From: Acidobacteriota bacterium
GTDB lineage: Bacteria; Acidobacteriota; Terriglobia; Acidiferrales; UBA7541
DNA length: 64,000 nt
Assembly (NCBI GenBank): GCA_003165465.1
Contig: PLUM01000099.1
Location: 25,022-89,021, forward strand
Direction of reading: 5' to 3'
In this document: piece after piece, positions 56,927 through 64,000 of the stretch
Layout: each line of letters begins with the position of its first letter
Numbering within the stretch: position 1 is the stretch's first letter
Made by a program: the position numbers and the translations under genes
Notes under the pieces: generated by a model
The model's input: the letters and a program-made list of their open reading frames with translations, nothing else
What the model was told of the DNA's origin: nothing
Database searches by the model: none

Positions 56927-58864
56927 CTATTGCGCGCTGCCGCCCTGCGATCGCACCGGCGCAATGTACAACTGGCCGGTGACCGAAGTGCCGGGGATGA
57001 GCGTGTTCTTTGTTGGATGGCCGGACTTGGCATCCGAAATCGTGATGTTATAGACGTCGAGCGTGCGGGCCATGGCGCGGTCAAAGTTCACTTTGCCTTC
57101 CACGAGGTTGACGCGCGCGCGAACCTCCGCCGATTCCGCCGCAGCCAACGTGTTCTGAATGGACACGATGTTGAACAGCGTGGAAGCGCCGACCTGAAAT
57201 TTCTTCTGCTCGGCATCGAGGGTTTGCTGATCGAGGTCGCGCGTCTTGATCGCGGCAGCCAGCGTGATGCGCGCCTGCTCCAGCGTAATTTGCGCGGTGT
57301 GGACGTCGATGGAGGCGTTGTTCACGATTTGTTGGTAATTGGCTTGGTCCGAACGCTCACTCAATGTCGCAATCACGTTATTGGCCTGCGCCGCGCGATT
57401 GCGAATCGGAATCGTTAAGCTGATCTGCGCGTTGTATTCCGGGTAGGCGCCGGTAAACTCCTGGTTCAGTGCTGTCGGCAGACCTGAATTAACCTGGCAG
57501 GTCGTCGCGGGCGGCACGGGAATGCACCCTACCGCTGGCCGGTTGTTACCCGAAAGCCCTTCCGTGGCGTATTCTCCGGATAGGGTCAGCACGGGGAGCA
57601 GTGCGTTCTTTGTGGCGCGCACGTTGATGTCGTCTCCCTTGATCAGGAGTCCCGCCTGCAACACATCAGGCCGCATCGTGACAGCTTCCTTGATTAAGTC
57701 TTCCAAAGGTAGCTTTTCTACTTCAGGCGGAGCCGTGTCCGCCGTATCCGTGGGGATAATCTCCACGGTGCGCAAGACGGGGGAATTCGGGTTCTTGGAG
57801 ATCAAGTTCAAAAGCGTGAGTTGGTCCTGAAGAACAGTGGTCTGCGCAACGATCAGGGCTTGCTGGGCTGTGGCGAGTTGCGCTTCGGCCTGGACGATTT
57901 CCAGCGGGGCCAGGGTGCCGACGTCCACCTGTTTTTTATTGTCATTGTATGTTTTTTCCGCCAGTGCAATTTCTTGCTGTGCCACAGCCACGTTGCCGCG
58001 AGCGAAAACAAGTTCCCAATAGGCGTTCCCGACGGCTGTGATCGACGTAATCATCTGCTGGACAAGCGCCTGGTCGGCAATGCTCTTGTTCACCCGTGCG
58101 ATGCGGATGTAATGCTCGTTCGGAAGACGCCCGAAACCGTTCAGCAACTGCTGGCTGGCCACGAAGATGAAATTGGACTGGACGAATGGGCTAAAGAAGG
58201 CATTGGGGCTGGAAGAGGATCCGCGCACGTTATTGAACGTCGCCGAAAAGGAAGTGCCCGTATAAAACCCCTGGCTATATGCCAGATCGCCCGTGGTCGT
58301 ATGCGTATTCAGTGTGGAGAGAACGCCCGTGCCGATGCCCGTTCCGGAGGTCAGTCCGTTATTCGCGGGAATCGTCCTCTGATCCATGCTGAAAATGGAA
58401 GTGATTTGCGGATCGAAGTTCAGCGCCGGAATGTTGCCGAGTGCGGATACGGCTCCCGAGGAGGGTGCCGCGCCGCTCAGCGTGCGCAAAATGTTGGCTT
58501 CGGCGATCCAGGGAGTATAGCGTTCGATCTGGATGGCCAAATTGTTCTGGAGCGCCAAGTCGACGGCGTCCTGCAGGCTGATGCTCAGCTTGCCATCCTG
58601 GACCATTTGCTCGATGCGCGGCGCATTCGTCAGGATCGGCTCCGGCACCGCCGTGGGCGTATAGGGCGCAATGATATTGGGGAACCACGGCTTGCCGTAG
58701 GTGTAGTTCGGGTTCGACTCCTGGATTGTACGGCTGGAAGGCGGAGGAGGCGCGGGCGACGCGGGGGCTCCCGGTTGTTGAGCGAAAACGGGCGCGGCCG
58801 GCGCCAGGGCCATCGCTGCGGCCATCAGTAGGGCAAGTGCTACGCGGAAAAACCTTCCGATCAT
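56927..58864 (-). CDS. TolC family outer membrane efflux protein
   Basis: Signal peptide and two OEP repeats (LSLQDAVDLALQNN, coiled-coil/barrel alternation). A Pro-rich N-terminal linker is present. Confidence 0.85.
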   Translation of the reverse strand: MIGRFFRVALALLMAAAMALAPAAPVFAQQPGAPASPAPPPPSSRTIQESNPNYTYGKPWFPNIIAPYTPTAVPEPILTNAPRIEQMVQDGKLSISLQDAVDLALQNNLAIQIERYTPWIAEANILRTLSGAAPSSGAVSALGNIPALNFDPQITSIFSMDQRTIPANNGLTSGTGIGTGVLSTLNTHTTTGDLAYSQGFYTGTSFSATFNNVRGSSSSPNAFFSPFVQSNFIFVASQQLLNGFGRLPNEHYIRIARVNKSIADQALVQQMITSITAVGNAYWELVFARGNVAVAQQEIALAEKTYNDNKKQVDVGTLAPLEIVQAEAQLATAQQALIVAQTTVLQDQLTLLNLISKNPNSPVLRTVEIIPTDTADTAPPEVEKLPLEDLIKEAVTMRPDVLQAGLLIKGDDINVRATKNALLPVLTLSGEYATEGLSGNNRPAVGCIPVPPATTCQVNSGLPTALNQEFTGAYPEYNAQISLTIPIRNRAAQANNVIATLSERSDQANYQQIVNNASIDVHTAQITLEQARITLAAAIKTRDLDQQTLDAEQKKFQVGASTLFNIVSIQNTLAAAESAEVRARVNLVEGKVNFDRAMARTLDVYNITISDAKSGHPTKNTLIPGTSVTGQLYIAPVRSQGGSAQ

Positions 58865-58914
58865 GTTGAGTCATCCTCTCCGTACGGAAATCCTTTGCTT
58901 CTCATCCGCCAGCT

Positions 58915-59058
58915 AAGCAGGCTGCGGAAACAGTCATTCATTTTGTCATTCCGAGCGAAACGAGGAATCTCTCTTTGACTTATGTCCCAGAAAAGAAAGA
59001 GAGAGATTTCTCGCTTCGCTCGGAATGACAGAGCCGGGGACTTTTCCCTCAACCTGTA
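58915..59058. repeat. MITE-like element, family E (second copy)
   Basis: TGTCATTCCGAGCGAAACGAGGAATCTCTC ... GAGAGATTTCTCGCTTCGCTCGGAATGACA, with related outer arms. Confidence 0.85.
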
Positions 59059-59252
59059 AGGCCGCCTGCGGGCTCCACATATTTTAAACGTCTGCCGGGC
59101 TGGATATGTTTCAATTATATTTCCGATACGGAACGTATTGGACGCGAGAAAGGCCGGGAGGTCAAGGCCCGGGAGTGTTGCGCGGCAAAAGCCTCGTTCT
59201 TTGAGGCGCTTATCTTGACAACGGGTCGATAGGCCGATAGGCTTGGCGCGCG

Positions 59253-59861
59253 ATGAGACCTGACGCCGCAATTCAACTTTTCGAGGATGTGGGTGCCATC
59301 CGCCACGGCCATTTCGAGCTGACCTCGGGCCGTCACAGCGGCACCTACGTGCAGTGCGCGCTCGTGCTGCAATATCCGAAATATGCAGAGCAATTGGGCC
59401 GGGCGCTGGCCGCTGAGTTCATGGACTTGCGCGTGGATTGCGTCGCGTCGCCCGCGATCGGCGGCCTGATTATCGGCCACGAAGTGGCTCGCGCTATTCC
59501 GCCGCGTTCCGATGGCAAGCCGATCCGCGCGATGTTCGTCGAGCGGGACAGCACCGGAACGTTGACGCTGCGCCGGGGATTTCGAGTCGAGCCCGATGAG
59601 CACGTGCTGGTTGTGGAAGACGTCTGGACCACGGGCGGCTCGACGTGCGAAACCATTCGCGTGCTCGAAGAAGCGGGCGCGCGCGTTGTTGCCGCGGGCG
59701 CGCTGATCGATCGAAGCGGGGGAAAAATCGAGTTGCCCGTCCGCACCGAGGCCATCGTGGATATCAAGATCGAGAGCTATGACGCTTCCGACTGTCCTCT
59801 TTGCCGGAGCGGCGGCGTGGCCGTCAAGCCCGGCAGCCGCTTTGCACGCCCGGGTGCATAA
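59253..59861 (+). CDS. pyrE: orotate phosphoribosyltransferase
   Basis: GHFELTSGRHS and the PRPP-binding loop VLVVEDVWTTGGS. Confidence 0.9.
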   Translation: MRPDAAIQLFEDVGAIRHGHFELTSGRHSGTYVQCALVLQYPKYAEQLGRALAAEFMDLRVDCVASPAIGGLIIGHEVARAIPPRSDGKPIRAMFVERDSTGTLTLRRGFRVEPDEHVLVVEDVWTTGGSTCETIRVLEEAGARVVAAGALIDRSGGKIELPVRTEAIVDIKIESYDASDCPLCRSGGVAVKPGSRFARPGA

Positions 59862-59862
59862 T

Positions 59863-60032
59863 GGAACCACGGATGCACGCGGATCCACGCGGATGACTGC
59901 GGATGACCGCGGATAAAAGAAAGAGAAAATCGAAGTAGAAGGGAACTACGCAGTAGGCCGAGGATCGCTCCACAATCCATTTTGCATTATCATTCTTTTT
60001 ATCCGTGTGTATCCGCGTGCATCCGTGGTTCC
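59863..60032. repeat. MITE-like element, family G, with 22-bp perfect terminal inverted repeats and 10-bp phased sub-repeats
   Basis: GGAACCACGGATGCACGCGGAT ... ATCCGCGTGCATCCGTGGTTCC. The left arm carries GCGGATnnnC repeated at a 10-bp period. Confidence 0.85.
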
Positions 60033-60048
60033 AACGCACTGTAATTTC

Positions 60049-60888
60049 ATGCGAAATATAAAATTCATCATCGCCTACGACGGCACCGATTTCAGCGGCT
60101 GGCAAGCCCAGCCCGGGCAATCCACGGTGCAGGGCGCGCTCATGGATGTTCTCGAAAAATTGACGCAGAGCCGCCTGGCGATCCACGCCGCGGGCCGCAC
60201 CGATGCGGGTGTACATGCGGCCGGGCAGGTCGTGAATTTCAAAACCGAATCGGCCTTGAGCGCGGAAGAGTTCAAGCGCGCATTCAACGCCTTGCTGCCG
60301 CCATCCATCCGCGTGAATGCCTCGGAAGAAGTGAGTCCAAATTTTCACTCGCGATGGGACGCGCTGGCAAAAACGTACCGTTACCGAATCTTTCGCGGGC
60401 GTGTCGTCCCGCCGTTTTTGTGGAAATACGTGCAGCACGATCCGTACGACCTGGATTTTGACGCAATGGCCGAAGCGGCTCGCTTTTTTGCGGGCGAGCA
60501 CGACTTCTCCTCGTTTGCCGCGTCGACGGGTTCGGAGGAAGAGGACCGCGAGCGAACGCCGATCCGCACGATCTACCATTCCGAGCTGCTGCGCATACCA
60601 GCCGCCGAGGGCCAGAATGCGGGGGAGGAATGGATTTACACGGTTCGCGGGCAATCGTTCATGCGCCACATGGTGAGGAAGATGGTCGGCACGCTGATGG
60701 AGATCGGGCGCGGGAAACTTTCTCCCGGCGGCCTGGCGGAGTTGTTTGCGCTGCGCGATCGCACGAAATCCGGCGCGACTATGTCGCCGCACGGCCTTTG
60801 CCTGGAAAATGTGGAGTATCCGGACCCGGAGAATTCGCTGGCGGCCGTGCGGAAGTCGCGCTTGGTTTCACGGGAAGGGTTCGAGTAA
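60049..60888 (+). CDS. truA: tRNA pseudouridine(38-40) synthase
   Basis: IAYDGTDFSGWQ.Q and the catalytic GRTDAGVHA motif. The start is set at ATG 60049 because the ORF-track extension translates a repeat arm. Confidence 0.9.
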   Translation: MRNIKFIIAYDGTDFSGWQAQPGQSTVQGALMDVLEKLTQSRLAIHAAGRTDAGVHAAGQVVNFKTESALSAEEFKRAFNALLPPSIRVNASEEVSPNFHSRWDALAKTYRYRIFRGRVVPPFLWKYVQHDPYDLDFDAMAEAARFFAGEHDFSSFAASTGSEEEDRERTPIRTIYHSELLRIPAAEGQNAGEEWIYTVRGQSFMRHMVRKMVGTLMEIGRGKLSPGGLAELFALRDRTKSGATMSPHGLCLENVEYPDPENSLAAVRKSRLVSREGFE

Positions 60889-60933
60889 GATACCTGCGAG
60901 AGATGCATCCCGACTTGAGAGGGGAACCGACGA

Positions 60934-61260
60934 ATGGCCGAGGAAACCACACCGCAGAGCACCACACCCGCAGCTCCTCCCCCTGCGCCTCCCGCCGCGG
61001 CTGCGCCTGCTCCCGCGACGGAAGCGGCTGTGCCGGTGGAACAGAAGCTCAAGGTGCGCAAGCCCCGCCAACGCTCCTGCGACGAAAAGGACGCCAAGGG
61101 AAAACTCTGCGCCGGGCATCTCAAGCGGTGGTACGACTATCCGAAGGAAGTGGTGGCCAGGATCGGAAACGATACGGAAATTTACCGCTGCGAATTTTGC
61201 AAGACGCTCTATAAGCCCGATCCGAAGCAGATGCCTCACAGCTTTACGTTGCGCTATTAG
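60934..61260 (+). CDS. hypothetical protein with Pro/Ala-rich N-terminus and 4-Cys zinc-ribbon-like C-terminus
   Basis: GAGGGGAA SD. The cysteine pattern is C-x9-C ... C-x2-C (SCDEKDAKGKLC ... CEFC). Confidence 0.55.
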   Translation: MAEETTPQSTTPAAPPPAPPAAAAPAPATEAAVPVEQKLKVRKPRQRSCDEKDAKGKLCAGHLKRWYDYPKEVVARIGNDTEIYRCEFCKTLYKPDPKQMPHSFTLRY

Positions 61261-61398
61261 TCGTCTCGCGCAACCGTGCGCGAGATTTCCGGCGCGGTTC
61301 CATCGAGAGGTTTCATGTCGATTGGATATTTGGACAGTGCGGCAAGTACGAACCACCCTTCCGGGATGAGGGCGGATGTTCGCGCGGCCGGGTAAGCC

Positions 61399-62670
61399 GT
61401 GAAACGTTTCCTCATTCTACTTACGGTCGGAGTGGCAGTGACTTCGTTCATTCAAAACTTTTCGCGAAAAGTGGGAGCGTCGAGCGCGACGGCCGATCCG
61501 CGCCTCGCCCACGTAATGGAAATTCTTCGCACCAGCGCCGGCGAGACGACCGAAGAGCAAATTCGCATTACGGAAATTCCCGCGCCGCCGTTTCAGGAAA
61601 GCGCTCGCTCCACCTACATGAAAAAGTTGCTGGCTTCCACGGGCTTGCGCGTGGAGACGGATGGGCTTGGAAACGTCATTGGCGAATGGCCCGGATCGTC
61701 GCCGGTCATCCTCATGCTGACGGCGCATTTGGATACCGTGTTTCCCGCGGGCACCGATGTGCGCGTGAAGCGCGCCGGCGGCCGGCTGCTCGCTCCAGGA
61801 ATCTCGGACAACGGCACGGGTTTGGCGGCGCTCGTGGCCCTGGCCAATGCCTTCCGCGAAGCGAAAATCAAAACGAACCTGACGATTTTATTCGTGGCCG
61901 ATGTGGGCGAGGAAGGCGAGGGAAATCTTCGCGGGATGCGCGCGCTCGTGGAGTCCTACAAAAAGCGATTGAAGTATATTATCGCGCTGGATGGTTCGGC
62001 CACTGAATACGTGACGACCGCCGCGCTGGCCTCGCGCCGCGTGGAAATCGCGATCACCGGGCCGGGCGGGCATAGCTGGTCCGACTTCGGCACGCCGAAT
62101 CCGATCCATGCGCTCGGACGGGGGATTGCGCGATTTGTCTCGGCGCGCGTTTCGGAAGCGCCGCGGACGAGTTTCAATATCGGCGAGATCGATGGCGGCA
62201 CTTCGGTGAACACCATTCCGTCGAGCGCGAAAATGAAAGTCGATCTGCGCTCCGAATCCGAATCCGATCTCTCGAAGCTCGAAGTCTTTTTGCGCGACTC
62301 CGTAAAGGCCGGCATCGACGAAGAGATGTCCGCGGCGCGTGAGCGTGGCATGGCGAGCGGCGCAAACTTGTTGAACCTGAAAATCGAGGTTTTGGGCGTG
62401 AGGCCGGCGGGCGACCTGCCCGAGAATTCGCCGCTTCTGGCCGCATTGCAGGCGGCTGACAACCAGCTTGGCAACCGTTCGCGCCACGAGCGCTCTTCCA
62501 CCGACGCTAATATCCCGCTCTCGATGGGCATTCCGGCCATTTCCCTGGGCGCGGGCGGACGCAGCGGCGGAGCGCACACGCTCGACGAATGGTACGACCC
62601 CGCAGGGCGCGAACTGGGCCTCCAGCGCGTCGCATTAACCGTGCTCAGCCTTGCTGGGCTCGCGCAGTAA
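61399..62670 (+). CDS. M20 family metallopeptidase (signal/anchor at N-terminus)
   Basis: HLDTVF, DNGTGLAAL, GEEGEGNLRG (metal ligands and catalytic Glu-Glu). GTG start and a hydrophobic N-terminus. Confidence 0.85.
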   Translation: MKRFLILLTVGVAVTSFIQNFSRKVGASSATADPRLAHVMEILRTSAGETTEEQIRITEIPAPPFQESARSTYMKKLLASTGLRVETDGLGNVIGEWPGSSPVILMLTAHLDTVFPAGTDVRVKRAGGRLLAPGISDNGTGLAALVALANAFREAKIKTNLTILFVADVGEEGEGNLRGMRALVESYKKRLKYIIALDGSATEYVTTAALASRRVEIAITGPGGHSWSDFGTPNPIHALGRGIARFVSARVSEAPRTSFNIGEIDGGTSVNTIPSSAKMKVDLRSESESDLSKLEVFLRDSVKAGIDEEMSAARERGMASGANLLNLKIEVLGVRPAGDLPENSPLLAALQAADNQLGNRSRHERSSTDANIPLSMGIPAISLGAGGRSGGAHTLDEWYDPAGRELGLQRVALTVLSLAGLAQ

Positions 62671-62688
62671 TAAGCAATAAGTTTCGTT

Positions 62689-62820
62689 GGGTGCCCCATT
62701 CTTGCGGTTTGGGCAAGGGTGGGGATTTTCGAAACCCACTCCTCGCTCGACTCGTAAATTCTCTTACCACGGAAATCCAAATCCCCACCCTTCGCAAAAA
62801 GTGCGAAGGATGGGGCACCC
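62689..62820. repeat. family I inverted-repeat element (about 130 bp)
   Basis: GGGTGCCCCATTCTTGCG..GGCAAGGGTGGGGATTT ... AAATCCCCACCCTTCGCAAAAAGTGCGAAGGATGGGGCACCC. Confidence 0.8.
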
Positions 62821-62856
62821 ATCATGGTTGGTTGTTCGGGTTGATATTTATTCGCT

Positions 62857-63825
62857 TCAGAGTTTCAGCAGGCGTTCCGCATTTTTGTGCGTAATTTTCG
62901 CCATGTCTTCCGGGCTGATGGGCAGCGTGTCGAGGAAGGCTCGCCCGAGGGAGTTGTCGCAAAACGGGTAGTCCACGGAAAATAGGATGCGGTCCGCGCC
63001 GACGACCTGCATGGCGCATAGAAATGGCGGGAGAGAAAAGACTCCGCTGGTGGTGATGTGAAAATTCTCGCGAAAATATCCGGAGATGGGGCGCTGGAGG
63101 TGTTTTGTGCTCTGCGCGAGAAACATATCGGCGCGGTCCATGTAGAAGGGCAGAGCCTCTCCCATGTGCCCGACAATGATCTGGAGCTTTGGCAGGCGGT
63201 CGAACAAGCCGGAAGCGATCAGGCGCAGGCAGTGCAGCCCGGTTTCCACATGCCAGCCCCATGCGGCGGTGGAGAGGACAAATCCGAGATTTGCGGGCAA
63301 GCCGCTGAAGTACGCTTTCCGCACTTCTTCCGTTGGCGGCGCGGGGTGCAGGTAGATGGGAACGTTGAGCGCCTGCGCGGTTTCAAACAGTGGAGTGAAA
63401 CGCGGGTCGTCGAGAAAAAGGCCGTCGATGGTTCCATTGACCAACGCGCCTTTGAATCCCAATTGCCGAATGCAGCGCTCGAATTCGCGGGCGGCCTTCT
63501 CCGGTTCGTGCAACGCAAGCGTGGCGAAAGCGGCGAAGCGTTTCGGGTGCGCCTGCACGGCGGCGGCAAGTTTTTCGTTGGTATCGCGCGCGAGGGCCCC
63601 GGCGGTGGCCGAATCCAGCCTGTCCATGCCGATGCCGGATAGCGACAGGACTTGCATGTCGATCCCCGCCGCATCCATGTCGGCGATTCGATCTTTTCCC
63701 GTATCGAGGAGTTTGGCTCCGCTAGCCTTCCAGAAATTCACGGAAGGATCGCCGTCCCACAGCTTGTCGGTGGCATTCAGAAATTCAGGTGTTGAAATGT
63801 GTTCTTCGAGTGTAATGGTCCGCAC
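62857..63825 (-). CDS. amidohydrolase_2 family protein (cytoplasmic paralog)
   Basis: EEHIS metal motif at the N-terminus, HMGE, and SVDYPF. GTG start. No signal peptide. Confidence 0.85.
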   Translation of the reverse strand: MRTITLEEHISTPEFLNATDKLWDGDPSVNFWKASGAKLLDTGKDRIADMDAAGIDMQVLSLSGIGMDRLDSATAGALARDTNEKLAAAVQAHPKRFAAFATLALHEPEKAAREFERCIRQLGFKGALVNGTIDGLFLDDPRFTPLFETAQALNVPIYLHPAPPTEEVRKAYFSGLPANLGFVLSTAAWGWHVETGLHCLRLIASGLFDRLPKLQIIVGHMGEALPFYMDRADMFLAQSTKHLQRPISGYFRENFHITTSGVFSLPPFLCAMQVVGADRILFSVDYPFCDNSLGRAFLDTLPISPEDMAKITHKNAERLLKL

Positions 63826-63969
63826 GCTGGTTTATGCTCCCACGCCAAGGCGTCGTTCAGATATCGCACGTATTATGCAATAAATTCCCGCGGCTGTCCT
63901 TGCGCGCGGAGACGCCTGTTTGCTGGTCTTAGCCGATCGGTCTGGAACGGAAACTTCGAGTGGGGTTTT

Positions 63970-64000
63970 GTAGCGCCGGCGTCCCGCCGGCAGTTTTGCG
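63970..64000. repeat. family C left arm, truncated by window end
   Basis: GTAGCGCCGGCGTCCCGCCGGCAGTTTT, identical to the head of the 39567 copy. Confidence 0.75.

Noticed and set aside
59122-59142. Near-palindrome TCCGATACGGAACGTATTGGA upstream of pyrE considered as an operator or PyrR-type site
   Set aside because: The half-sites are imperfect, I see no resemblance to the PyrR binding loop as I recall it, and it is a single occurrence.
59824-60792. 322-aa minus-strand ORF spanning the family G repeat and antisense to truA; also 59115-59888 antisense to pyrE
   Set aside because: It runs through a repeat element and opposes two well-supported genes.

Overview
High-GC (judged by eye, not computed), gene-dense chromosomal segment with about 50 protein-coding genes on both strands. 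I recognised no rRNA, tRNA, CRISPR, transposase, integrase or phage genes. The protein set and repeat style suggest Acidobacteriota-like soil bacteria, but that is a low-confidence inference. The content is housekeeping and catabolic. It includes PDH E1 (aceE) and a very long PFOR-type 2-oxoacid:ferredoxin oxidoreductase next to an atypical IscU-like scaffold. There is a partial leucine-catabolic cluster (MCC beta, HMG-CoA lyase, enoyl-CoA hydratase, thioesterase) and a split B12-dependent acyl-CoA mutase carrying isobutyryl-CoA-mutase signature residues. Other identifiable genes are aroB-ubiE/menG, pyrE, truA and glgP. Many predicted exported hydrolases are present: M48, M16 and M20 peptidases, a TldD/PmbA pair with signal peptides, an amidase, and Tat-signal HAD and amidohydrolase proteins. 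Signalling genes comprise an RR-PAS-GGDEF-EAL protein, a PilZ protein, and a pilD / histidine kinase / secreted protein / sigma-54 regulator operon. Two unknown-function pairs are present (DUF507 x2 and DUF1326+DUF2182), along with a cytochrome c / beta-propeller fusion. The most striking non-coding signal is that almost every intergenic spacer holds a palindromic REP/REPIN- or MITE-like element. I count about 29 copies in at least 9 families, many with GTAG heads. Several families share a CTGAAG/CTTCAG hairpin apex on different stems. Some elements supply stop codons to the upstream gene, sit inside operons, or carry phased 7-, 9- or 10-bp sub-repeats. Gene starts were refined from the ORF track where a Shine-Dalgarno sequence or homologous N-termini supported an internal start. 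All functional calls come from motif and family recognition by eye, with no database search.
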